Below, in pieces: positions 27,558 through 36,672 of a DNA stretch of 64,000 nucleotides. Below the pieces are notes generated by a model. It was not told the origin of the DNA. It made no database searches and saw only the letters and a list, made by a program, of their open reading frames with translations. The DNA lies in NCBI GenBank assembly GCA_965223845.1, contig CBDCXR010000004.1, forward strand, positions 3,744,001 to 3,808,000. Direction: 5' to 3'. The stretch comes from Planctomycetota bacterium (GTDB lineage Bacteria; Planctomycetota; UBA8108; SXIK01). Position numbers and translations under genes: made by a program. Position 1 is the stretch's first letter. Each line of letters starts with the position of its first letter.

Positions 27558-28460
27558 ATGAAGAAGCGCTGGATGGCATTGCTGACGGCAAGCGCGCTCG
27601 GGGGAGCGGCGGTAATCGCGTGGCGGGACGGAACGACGCGCGGCGGGGACTCCGTGCCGTCTCCTCGTTTGGACGCGTCGGGCGCACAAACCATTCAAGC
27701 GAGTCGAGCGGACTCAACCGGACTGGGGCGCTGGATCTCTCGCTACCTGAACGAAATCCTCGCCGCACGGATCGGCGCCCCGGGCGTCGCCGGCGATCCG
27801 GTCGTCACCATCCACCGCGAGCCGTTCAGTCAGGAGGAAGCCCGCCTTCAACTGAGCACGGAGGCGCGCGCAGCGCGCGAACGGATCGAAACCCAGGCGA
27901 TCGAGTCCCACGTGACGTTCGCGATTCCGACGGTCCCGCCGGAGCAGGCGCTGCTCTTCCTCCTGTTCAGCGACTTTCGCAGCCGGATCGAAGGGGTTGG
28001 CACACTCGAGCGGAAGCTGGAGCTGCGCGCGACCGACGCGACGAGTCCGCCACTCGAAACGCGCCCCGAGCTCGCTCCAAACGAAGTGCTCTGCTACGAG
28101 CGCCTCGTGCGACCCGAGCCTCTCGCACTTCCCACAGCGGCGTACTACGTCTTCGACGCGCGACGCGAAGGCGAGGCGTTCGTCCTTAGCTACGAGCTGT
28201 GGGAGAACACGGGCGACGATTCCCACGCGCCGATCCATCTCTCGTCGGGGCAGTTTCGCATCACGAGCGAGGGCGACGGCTCCCGCGTCCACTTGGCGTC
28301 ATTCTTCGCGGGTCAGTCTCTACCGTCCCTCTTCGACGGAATCGTCGAGAAGAAGACGATCGAGTTTCTCCGCGCCTTCGCGCAGCGAGCGAAGGACGAG
28401 GCGCCGGCCTGGCAGCCCGGGAAAGACGCGGACGCTTGGATCGAGTCCGCATCGCTCTAG
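27558..28460 (+). CDS. Hypothetical N-anchored or exported protein, possible START/SRPBCC-like C-terminal fold
   Basis: MKKRW plus a hydrophobic stretch; natural composition; beta strands ending in an amphipathic helix (weak inference). Confidence 0.65.
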   Translation: MKKRWMALLTASALGGAAVIAWRDGTTRGGDSVPSPRLDASGAQTIQASRADSTGLGRWISRYLNEILAARIGAPGVAGDPVVTIHREPFSQEEARLQLSTEARAARERIETQAIESHVTFAIPTVPPEQALLFLLFSDFRSRIEGVGTLERKLELRATDATSPPLETRPELAPNEVLCYERLVRPEPLALPTAAYYVFDARREGEAFVLSYELWENTGDDSHAPIHLSSGQFRITSEGDGSRVHLASFFAGQSLPSLFDGIVEKKTIEFLRAFAQRAKDEAPAWQPGKDADAWIESASL

Positions 28461-28547
28461 CGCGGCAACGCTCGCCGAGGCGCGAGCGGAGCTCCATCTC
28501 CGCCACCGCGGATCGACGAGCGTGTGATCCCGACGAGCCCCACCGGC

Positions 28548-28967
28548 TCACCGTCCGCGCGGATTCGTTCCTCGAGGGTTGGTCGAGCGCGGCGCCCCCG
28601 GCGAGCGTTCCGCACCTCCTCGCTGACCTCGCTCGTGCAGCGGCGGGACGTAGATGAGAAGCTTGTTGCTCGGGACGTGCGGAATCACGCGCACACCCGA
28701 ACCGTAGCGGGACTGGAACAGCGGCTCGAGCGTGAGTGCGAGATCTTCGACGGGCCCGTGCTGCACCGGATAGATCAGATACTCGTTGATCTGATACGGG
28801 TGCGTGTCGCTGATCGGCGGCGGCTGCGCGGGTGCGGCCGATACGCGGTGATCTCGAGCGGGTTCCTCGACCTCGGTCTCGACGCCGGCGCAGCCCGCGA
28901 GCGAGAGCAGGAACACGGCCGCAGGCACCGCTCCGCCAGGACCGCACCATCGAGCCAGTCTCCGCAT
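28548..28967 (-). CDS. Small lipoprotein with one secretin-N (NolW-like) domain
   Basis: LSLAGC lipobox; IYPVQHGPVEDLALTLEPLF..VRVIPHVPSNKLLIY; GGAG SD. Confidence 0.65.
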   Translation of the reverse strand: MRRLARWCGPGGAVPAAVFLLSLAGCAGVETEVEEPARDHRVSAAPAQPPPISDTHPYQINEYLIYPVQHGPVEDLALTLEPLFQSRYGSGVRVIPHVPSNKLLIYVPPLHERGQRGGAERSPGAPRSTNPRGTNPRGR

Positions 28968-29106
28968 CGCCTGTCTCCGCGAGCTCCGGGGGGAAGAACG
29001 AATCGTATCCCACGATTCTACCCCCGGAAATCGCCCGAGGCACGGGCGGCGCGGGAAGGCCACCGCCGTGCCGTCTCCGCCGGACGGCACAGCGACGGGT
29101 CCTCGA

Positions 29107-30192
29107 CTACGCGTCGAGCCGCATGAGCGGCTTGATCGCGTTCCCTTCGCGATCGCGGACTTTGCGGATCGATTCCGCGAGGTCCGTGAGCGGAAAGCGG
29201 TAGCTCTGAATCGGCTCGACACGCACCTTCCCGCTGTGCAGGAGCTCGACGGCCTCCGGCCACGTCGTCGGCGCGAGCCACGAGTAGCGGATCGTGCGAT
29301 CGTTGAGCATACAGTCGAGCGCGTTGAACGAGTGCACGTCGTTGTCGCCCGGGAGTCCGAAGATCACGACCGTTGACGCACGTCCCGTCGTCGAGACCGC
29401 CTGCTCGATCGCGGGGAGCGCACTGGTCGCCGCGATGGACCGATCCGCCAGCTCGCCGCCGTTCGCGTCGCGAATCGTCTGCGCGAGATCAGCGGAGTAG
29501 AAGGGCGAGCTCGAGTCCTTCGTGTTCACGACGAGGTCCGCGCCGAGCTCCTTCCCCGTCTCGAGGCGCGAATCGCGCGTTCCGACGAGGCACACCTTCC
29601 CGGCGCCGTAGATCTTCGCCATCTGAACCATCATCAGCCCGATCGGCCCCGGCCCGAAGATGCTGACGAAGTTGCCGTCCTCGATGTTGAGGTTCTTCAC
29701 GGCGTAGAGTCCACAAGCGAGCGGCTCGGTCGACGCGGCGACGTCGAGGTCCATGTCGGCTGGACACTTGACGGTCCAGTACCAATGCGAGGAGACGTAC
29801 TCGGCGAAGCCGCCGTTCACCGATACACCGGTGACCGATCCGAGATCGACGTTCGAGAGGCCGCGCTGCGTCCAGGGCGAGTCCACGCTCGACTGCACCG
29901 GATTGACGACAACGGGGTCACCCTCCTTGAATCCGCCCTTCTCCGCGGCGACGGGGCCCACCCGTGCGATCGTGCCCGACAGTTCGTGGCCGAGGACGAG
30001 AGGTCCCTTGCCGCTTTCGGTTCCGAGCGAGCTCTTTCCGAAATAGTACGCGACGTCCGAACCGCAGATCCCGGTCGCGTGCACCTTGACGAGCACTTCC
30101 TCCGGGGCGATCTCGGGAACCGCGATTTCCTCTAACTTCATCACTTCGGGTTCGTAGAAGACTTGCGCCTTCATCGTGCTCGGAACGGTCAT
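29107..30192 (-). CDS. Zinc-dependent MDR alcohol/polyol dehydrogenase (sorbitol/threonine DH-like)
   Basis: GICGSD, LGHE, GGFAEY, EPLAC, FGPGPIG; AAGGAGG SD. Confidence 0.93.
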   Translation of the reverse strand: MTVPSTMKAQVFYEPEVMKLEEIAVPEIAPEEVLVKVHATGICGSDVAYYFGKSSLGTESGKGPLVLGHELSGTIARVGPVAAEKGGFKEGDPVVVNPVQSSVDSPWTQRGLSNVDLGSVTGVSVNGGFAEYVSSHWYWTVKCPADMDLDVAASTEPLACGLYAVKNLNIEDGNFVSIFGPGPIGLMMVQMAKIYGAGKVCLVGTRDSRLETGKELGADLVVNTKDSSSPFYSADLAQTIRDANGGELADRSIAATSALPAIEQAVSTTGRASTVVIFGLPGDNDVHSFNALDCMLNDRTIRYSWLAPTTWPEAVELLHSGKVRVEPIQSYRFPLTDLAESIRKVRDREGNAIKPLMRLDA

Positions 30193-30480
30193 GATTCCTC
30201 CTTGGAATTGCGCAGACCGAGGCGATCGCGAGACGGAGACCGTCGCGTCGCTCTCCGCGCGAACGAGAGTGGTCGGCAGCGTCCGTCGGTCGATCCGCGG
30301 ATCGGATCGCGCCGCCGGTCGCGCGTCGTTCTAGCTGAGAATCTATCGAGCGTGGAGCCTGCGGGCCGACCGAATCGCGCCCGCTGCTCAGCGAGGCTGA
30401 TCATGGTACGACCAACCCGAGGACCGCTTCAAGCTCGCTCCAATCCCGCGGAAAGCACCGCCGTTCGCCGCGGACGGACC

Positions 30481-32763
30481 TCAGTGAAACTTCGTGACGA
30501 TTTCGCGCTCGACCTCGTAGCGACGTCCGCCGAGCTCGAGCGTCTTCGGACCGAAGCCGCGGTAGACGTTCACGCGCTCGGCGCGAAACACCATCTTTCC
30601 TTCGAGCGAGCGGATGACGAAAAACGCCGGGGAGTCATACGACACGTCGTTCGCTCGAAGCGCGTGGAAGGCGAGAAGAAAGGGATAGCGGACGTAGAAG
30701 CCGTAGGGAGGGAGAACGAGGCCCTCCGCCTCGTCTTCGTAGTCGCCCGGACCGAAGTTGACGACGATGCGCATGTCAGGGCCGAAGTAGGTTTCGAACG
30801 CCGTTCCGGCCGGATTGAGCTTCTGCGTGAAGAGCATCACCGTTCGGCTGCGGTGGCGCGCGACGTGCGAGAGGACCTCGTAGGTATTGCGTAGGAAGAC
30901 GTCATCGGCCGACCAGCCTCGCCCTCCGGCCCACCCGTCGTCGCGCGCGAACACCCACTCGCGATTCGTTTCGCTCGCGGGAGGAGCGGGGCGCGCGTCA
31001 CCGGCGGGAAGGGCGTAGCGCGGCATCTCGCCGACGAGAAGATGCACGAGGAAAGCCGCCGGATCGTTCGGGCGGAGCGGCACCCCGCCGGCGGCGTCGA
31101 TCCGTGCGGTGTGACCGAACGTCGCGTGAACGAAAGGGACGAAGGTCGCTCCCGGAGGAGTCGCGATTCTCGTTCCCATCCCGCCGGCGAAGACGACATG
31201 CGGGAGATCTGCCGCGAGGGCCGGAGTGACTCCGATGATGCGGAAGCGCTCCTTCGCGGCCGCGAAGAACCCCGCTCGGGCCGCCGACGTCTGGGCATTC
31301 AACGGGGAAGCGTCGACTCCGGGCGGGAGGACAAAGATCGGGAGATCGTAGTCGGCGCCCTCGTCGGCCGACAAGGCGACGGCCTCGCGACCGCGGAGGG
31401 CGGCGGCTCGCCGTTCCCAGGCGACTTCTCCGTCGGGCGCGCCGGCGACATCGAGAAGCGTGTCGACCCTCGCGAGGGGAATACGAGCGCCGGTGAGGTA
31501 ACCGCGGTCTCGGAGCGATGCGAGAAGCTCGGCGCGCGCGTCCGAGGGCGGCGGCGCGGTCTCTTCGTCCCCGAGGGTGGCCGCCGCGCCATCGAACACG
31601 AAGATCGCGCGATCGATTCCGAGCTCGCCGGAAAGCCGACCCGCGTACTCCGAGAGGCGCCCGTGTTCCTCGGCGGTCTTCGGCGCCGCTCGAAACCAAG
31701 CGGCCCCGATCAGCGATCGATGACGAGGCTCGACGCCGGTCTTGTAGCGGAGGGACGCGAGCGGAGCTTCGAGAGCCTCGCGGTGGGCGCGCGCGACATC
31801 GACGACGTGCAGGTTCGATCGTCCGAGCGTCGATACGTCGACGTGACCCGAGGTCGCCGACGATTCGAGTCGTACCGAGAGTGCTCGACGACCCGGAAAC
31901 GCGTCTCCCCCGGGACGTTCCCGCGCCACTTCGACCACGATCGCGGGATCCTCCCACGAAATGAGGAGAGGACACTCGACCATCTCGCCGCTGATCAGTG
32001 TCTCTCGACGGAGGACGCCGAGGCACGGCAAGCTGAGATGCGCGTCGGCACCCGTCGCGCCTTCCTCGCCGTACGCGCGTAGCCGCACCGTTCCCGACGG
32101 TGCCACGTCCGCGGCATCGAACCAACGGCCCGCGCCGCTCGGCACGACGACCCCGCCGCCGCCCGCATCGGCGAGCCAGAAGCAGCCGTCGAGCACACGC
32201 ACGGCGGCGGTGCGAGAGCGCGCGCGCTCCGGGACGTCGTAGCGGATACGGAACCCGCGCTCGCCGCGGATTTCGACGACGAGATCGAGAGCGAGCTCCG
32301 GCGCGGTCGGCGTGCCGACGGAAAGCCGGATTCGATGGCTGTCGGCGACGAGACGCGTCACCTGATCGAGCGCGACCCAGCGCCCGCGAGGCGTCTCCTC
32401 GTCGTCGACGCGAACGGCGGCGAAGCCCTTGTGAGCCCAAGAGGAGTACCACCGGACAGCGGATTCGCGATCGCGGATGAAGAAACGGCTCGTGCGCCGA
32501 TCCAGCAAGAAGCGAGCAGCGGACGCCTCGAGCGCGACGGGTTCGAACGCCCACTTGTCGAGCTGCGCGCGGCGGCGGGCGAGTTCCTCGGGAGCGAGCG
32601 GGTCTCCCACCGACGATGACGGCTCCTGCGCGGCGCTTTCGTTCGGCAACGCCGCGAGGGGACCGATCGCGAACATCGCCAACGCGGCGATTCGCACGAG
32701 AACGCGGCTGAAGCTCCGGGGGGCGCGAGCGGGTGCTGCCGCCGGACGATGGATTCGGGTCAC
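30481..32763 (-). CDS. Exported glycoside-hydrolase-like protein (GH129/DUF5696-like), central catalytic region apparently degenerate
   Basis: Signal peptide; C-terminal RNTYEVLS..TYFG..VNFG..LPPYGF..AFHA..FVIRSLEGK..VYRGFG resembles this family as I recall it. Confidence 0.6.
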   Translation of the reverse strand: MTRIHRPAAAPARAPRSFSRVLVRIAALAMFAIGPLAALPNESAAQEPSSSVGDPLAPEELARRRAQLDKWAFEPVALEASAARFLLDRRTSRFFIRDRESAVRWYSSWAHKGFAAVRVDDEETPRGRWVALDQVTRLVADSHRIRLSVGTPTAPELALDLVVEIRGERGFRIRYDVPERARSRTAAVRVLDGCFWLADAGGGGVVVPSGAGRWFDAADVAPSGTVRLRAYGEEGATGADAHLSLPCLGVLRRETLISGEMVECPLLISWEDPAIVVEVARERPGGDAFPGRRALSVRLESSATSGHVDVSTLGRSNLHVVDVARAHREALEAPLASLRYKTGVEPRHRSLIGAAWFRAAPKTAEEHGRLSEYAGRLSGELGIDRAIFVFDGAAATLGDEETAPPPSDARAELLASLRDRGYLTGARIPLARVDTLLDVAGAPDGEVAWERRAAALRGREAVALSADEGADYDLPIFVLPPGVDASPLNAQTSAARAGFFAAAKERFRIIGVTPALAADLPHVVFAGGMGTRIATPPGATFVPFVHATFGHTARIDAAGGVPLRPNDPAAFLVHLLVGEMPRYALPAGDARPAPPASETNREWVFARDDGWAGGRGWSADDVFLRNTYEVLSHVARHRSRTVMLFTQKLNPAGTAFETYFGPDMRIVVNFGPGDYEDEAEGLVLPPYGFYVRYPFLLAFHALRANDVSYDSPAFFVIRSLEGKMVFRAERVNVYRGFGPKTLELGGRRYEVEREIVTKFH

Positions 32764-32770
32764 GCTGGTC

Positions 32771-33349
32771 TCAGTTCACAGGTTCGGCGGCGGCGACACT
32801 CGGCGGCTCGACGTTCGCGCGCCGAGCTCGTTCGTCGAGTGGCGAGGCATCGAGTGGGTCGCCGGTTTCTACGGAATCGTCTCCCGGCGCCGAGAACGCG
32901 CCGTAGCGGACGAACGCTCGAGCCTGACGGTCCGCCTCGCGCCGGAGCACGCGATCGAGGCGACAGTAGAGCTCGCAGAGCACTTGCGAGAGGCGGCCGA
33001 CGTTCGCGTCCGCATCGTTCGCACTTCGTTCGCGCTCGCGCTCGACCTCCGCGACGATCGCGCCCAGCTCACGGCGAATCCGTTCGTCGAAAAGCCAGTG
33101 CGAGATTCGGTACTCACGGCAGAACGCGTCCATCTGCCGCCACGCCTGCGCGAGAACGGCGGGGTCCCCCGGAGCCCGGCGGAGCTCGCGGTCGAGATCG
33201 CCGAGGCACTCGCGATACTCGGCGCAAGCGCGGAGCCGCCGCTCGACGATATCGCGGTCCCCCCGGCGCCGGTAGACGGAGCTCGAGATCACCATCGCGA
33301 TCGCGGCGCCGACGATCACACCGGCGAGGGCGACGAGGGCAAATTCCAT
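32771..33349 (-). CDS. Hypothetical protein with an N-terminal TM helix and helical body
   Basis: MEFALVALAGVIVGAAIAMVI; GGAG SD; 7 nt upstream of the next gene. Confidence 0.75.
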   Translation of the reverse strand: MEFALVALAGVIVGAAIAMVISSSVYRRRGDRDIVERRLRACAEYRECLGDLDRELRRAPGDPAVLAQAWRQMDAFCREYRISHWLFDERIRRELGAIVAEVERERERSANDADANVGRLSQVLCELYCRLDRVLRREADRQARAFVRYGAFSAPGDDSVETGDPLDASPLDERARRANVEPPSVAAAEPVN

Positions 33350-33770
33350 GAACGACTCCAGAGAAACGAGAACGGGCGGCGGGTCGAGCGAAGCCTCTAC
33401 GACGAACCCGCGCCTCGTCGATCATACCGCCGAGCCGGGATCGCTCACCAGGTTCGGCAGCGGCTCACAGCGCGGCCTACCTGGTTTCGAAATGATGCAC
33501 CGGACAAGGTTATCTGAACATCGCGGCGCCGAAGCATCCGGTAACACGCGGGGACAAAAACGCCGCGACGTCTGATGCCACCGTCACTTACGAAGCACCG
33601 CACGCACGCGAGAGGCAGGGCATTTGACGGCCGCTCGACCGCGGACTATAGGAACGGATTCGAACGAGGATCCGGGCGGTGCGGCACCCGCGCCTCCTTC
33701 CACAGTACGGAAGGGGAGCCGTCCGGACGGGGCGAGCTGAAATCGCACGGAGCGGAGAAGGAGACCTACC

Positions 33771-34640
33771 GTGAAGAAGCTGCCGTCCGGAGGGCGAGCC
33801 GACCGGCTACGCGACGAATCGTTCGGAACTCCCGCTGCGATCGCGACGGACACATTCCTCGGCGTTGTGCGCCGGTCGCCGATGTTTCAGGCCGCGATGG
33901 ATCTACGCCCCGATCGCGTCCAGCGCGAGCTTCAGGGGCTCGCGCGCGGCTGGGACCTCCAGATCGACATCGACACGGCGTCGTTTCTCGATGTTCTCGT
34001 CTCGACGGACTCGGACACGATCTCGGGGGACGGGCACACGCGCTGGAGACTAAAGACGGACGCGAGTGAGTCCGATGCGCACCGCCGCGCCCTCGCGATT
34101 CACGTCGAGGAAGAGGAATCGGAGCGCTCGGTCTCGGTGGCCCCGCCGGATCTCGAAGAGCTCGATTTCGAGACCATTCAACGCATCTGCGTGCGCCATC
34201 CGCTCCGCCAGCTCGTGCCCCAGTTCGCCGCACGGGGAAAGCCCCTCACGGAGGTCATAGCGGATCTCGCGCGCATCGCCGACGCGGACTTCGCGATCCA
34301 GAGCAACGCGGCGAGCGCGATCGAGATCGACGTGTTCCTGCGAAATCGACCCGTCTGCGAGTGCCTCCGCACCGCCGCCGCGGCGGCGAACTGGCACGTC
34401 CTCATCGACGGAGAGCTGAACTGGACGGGAAGAGACGAGACGTTTGGCCTCCAGCAGGTCGCCGACGCGCTGTCGACGACCTGGCACACCCCGTCTTCCG
34501 GTCTCCTCGGAAACGAGCCTAGCGCGGGAACACCGTTCGGCGCACTGCGCGAGATGCTCGAGTGCAGCGCGGCCCGACTGAAGCGCGACACTCACCTCAT
34601 CGTCGTTCGATCCGAGCCGGCGGCCGCAACCAAGGCTTGA
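33771..34640 (+). CDS. Hypothetical protein with a possible STN (secretin/TonB short N-terminal)-like segment
   Basis: AAGGAG SD before GTG; FAARGKPLTEVIADLARIADADFAI..IDVFLRNRPV..L pattern. Confidence 0.6.
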   Translation: MKKLPSGGRADRLRDESFGTPAAIATDTFLGVVRRSPMFQAAMDLRPDRVQRELQGLARGWDLQIDIDTASFLDVLVSTDSDTISGDGHTRWRLKTDASESDAHRRALAIHVEEEESERSVSVAPPDLEELDFETIQRICVRHPLRQLVPQFAARGKPLTEVIADLARIADADFAIQSNAASAIEIDVFLRNRPVCECLRTAAAAANWHVLIDGELNWTGRDETFGLQQVADALSTTWHTPSSGLLGNEPSAGTPFGALREMLECSAARLKRDTHLIVVRSEPAAATKA

Positions 34641-34647
34641 GCGAGCC

Positions 34648-36078
34648 TCAGGGACGCTCGGCTCCTCCGGCGCGGCTAGGAGCGTCTCCGGGCGTCGAAT
34701 CGCCGCTCGGGTCCGCGAGCACGGTATCGAGGATGCGGTCGGGATCGTCCCAGCCCGTCTCGTCTTGAAGGTCGCGACAGGCAGTGAGCACGCGACCGAA
34801 CCACGGTGACGGCTCGAATCCGCGCGCGATGAGATGGCGTCCGAGGACGACATCTCGCGGCGCCTCGTCCGCGACCTCGAGTTCCTCCATCCGCGCGAGG
34901 AACTCGTCTCCCGCGGGAAACTCGCGGCGCAGAGCGTCCGGCGTCGTTCGCCCAAAATGATCGGCGGTCGCGACACGATGCAAGAGATGCGCATCGAGCC
35001 CTGCCGCCGCAAGGCGACGCGCGAGACGACGGTAGCCGCGCCCGGTCGCGCCACTCCGAATAAAGTTCGCCGGCGCGAGGTGGTGTCGAACGAGCCCGCA
35101 GACTTGAGTCGATAGGTCGTGCCCGATGCGCAGTCGACCGAGGAACGACTCAGCGATCGGGACGCCGCGTTCCTCGTGCTCCGGCGAACGGATGCGTCCG
35201 TCCACTTCGATCGTGGTCACGGGCTTACCGAGATCGTGGCAGAGCGCGCCGAACAGTAGTGCGAGCTGTCGCTGTTCCTCGTCTTCTTCACCCCGGAGCT
35301 TCGCCGCCTCGTCGACGACGAGCATCGTGTGCTCCCAGACCGTGCCCTCCGGATGCCAGATCGCATCCTGCGGGACGCCCACCATCGATTCGAGCTCCGG
35401 GAAGAACCGGAGAAGGCCCGTTTCGCGCAGAAACTCGAATCCGAGCGACGGACGCCGAGCCTTGAGGAGGAGTTTCTTCAGCTCCTCGAAGAGCCGCTCG
35501 CCGGGCAGGTCCGAGAGATCGAGGCCGGCGCAGATCTCGCGCAACTCCGCGTCCGGCGCCATTTCGAAGCGCGCGTGAAACTGAGCGACGCGGAGGCCAC
35601 GCAGCGAGTCCTCGGCGAATTTCTCGGCGTCTGCAGCGCGCAAGACTCCGTCCTCGAGATCGCGTCGACCACCACACGAGTCGAGGACTTCCGCCGAAAT
35701 CGGATCGTACGCGAGGCTGTTGATCGTCAGGTCGCGACGTTTCGCGGCCTCAGCGAATTCGAGACCCGGGTCGAGCTCGACCATGAAGCCGCGGTGTCCG
35801 CGCCCCGTTTTCGAATCGCGGCGCGGCAGCGAAAAGTCGACCTCGAGTCCCTTCACCTTGAGGACACCGAACGCGCGCCCGACCGCGATGACTTCCCCGA
35901 ACTCGGCGAGAACTCGCTCGAGCGCGTCGAGCTCGAGGCCGTACACCTCGAAGTCGAAGTCTTTGCTCGCGTTTCCGAGGAGCTGGTCCCGCACCCAGCC
36001 TCCGACGAGGAGTGCACGTCCGCCCTTCTTCGCGATCGTCCGCGCGAGCTCGCGGATGTTCTCGGGAACGTCGAACAT
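34648..36078 (-). CDS. cca: CCA tRNA nucleotidyltransferase with HD domain
   Basis: VGGWVRD, KDFDFEV, RRDLTINS, EDSLRGLR, WHPEG.VWEH, ALCHDLGKP, GRHLI. Confidence 0.9.
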   Translation of the reverse strand: MFDVPENIRELARTIAKKGGRALLVGGWVRDQLLGNASKDFDFEVYGLELDALERVLAEFGEVIAVGRAFGVLKVKGLEVDFSLPRRDSKTGRGHRGFMVELDPGLEFAEAAKRRDLTINSLAYDPISAEVLDSCGGRRDLEDGVLRAADAEKFAEDSLRGLRVAQFHARFEMAPDAELREICAGLDLSDLPGERLFEELKKLLLKARRPSLGFEFLRETGLLRFFPELESMVGVPQDAIWHPEGTVWEHTMLVVDEAAKLRGEEDEEQRQLALLFGALCHDLGKPVTTIEVDGRIRSPEHEERGVPIAESFLGRLRIGHDLSTQVCGLVRHHLAPANFIRSGATGRGYRRLARRLAAAGLDAHLLHRVATADHFGRTTPDALRREFPAGDEFLARMEELEVADEAPRDVVLGRHLIARGFEPSPWFGRVLTACRDLQDETGWDDPDRILDTVLADPSGDSTPGDAPSRAGGAERP

Positions 36079-36079
36079 G

Positions 36080-36499
36080 TCAGATCCCTTCGACTCGCCG
36101 CTTGATCGCGACGGTGGCGCCGACCCACACCCGGCGCGCGTACGCAGCGAACTGGTCGGCCGCCGCGCCGGTCCCGATCTCCGAATGCCGGACCGAGAGC
36201 CAGACACCGCCGTCGGCCTCCCGCAGCGAAAACTCGACGCGAGATGGACCGTGCTGCTCGCCGCCGATCTCCCACACGCACTCGCGGAGGCGGAGCCCCT
36301 CGGGAGTGACGGAGTCGACGACAGCCGTGACCCGGCTGCCGTCTTCTCGGAGCGCCGTGAACTCGCCGTCGGGCCACGCGCCGATGACCGCCTCGATCGC
36401 GTCGAACCACTCGAGGATCTCGTGCGGGCTACAGAGCGCTGCGTGAACGGCCGACGCCGGCGCGTCGACGAAGATCAGATCTGCGACGAGGTCGTCCAT
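36080..36499 (-). CDS. SRPBCC/AHA1-like domain protein
   Basis: IFVDAPASAVHAAL..ILEWF..SRVEFSL..LSVRHS, then a C-terminal helix containing W. Confidence 0.8.
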   Translation of the reverse strand: MDDLVADLIFVDAPASAVHAALCSPHEILEWFDAIEAVIGAWPDGEFTALREDGSRVTAVVDSVTPEGLRLRECVWEIGGEQHGPSRVEFSLREADGGVWLSVRHSEIGTGAAADQFAAYARRVWVGATVAIKRRVEGI

Positions 36500-36672
36500 G
36501 AATACCTGGCGCGTAGACGCTCGACATCGAGCTCCATCCCCGAGCGACATTCTGTCACGCACCGCCGCGTTCGTCGTCGCAAACTTTCGCTCTCCTCGCG
36601 CCGACACGGTGGATGCGTCTCGTCCCTCCGCCGACAATGCCCTTACCTTCATTCATTCACGGACGGAAACCG

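Noticed and set aside
36500-36672. Possible SAM riboswitch upstream of the Cys/Met PLP enzyme
   Set aside because: No SAM-I, SAM-II or SAM-V consensus is visible.
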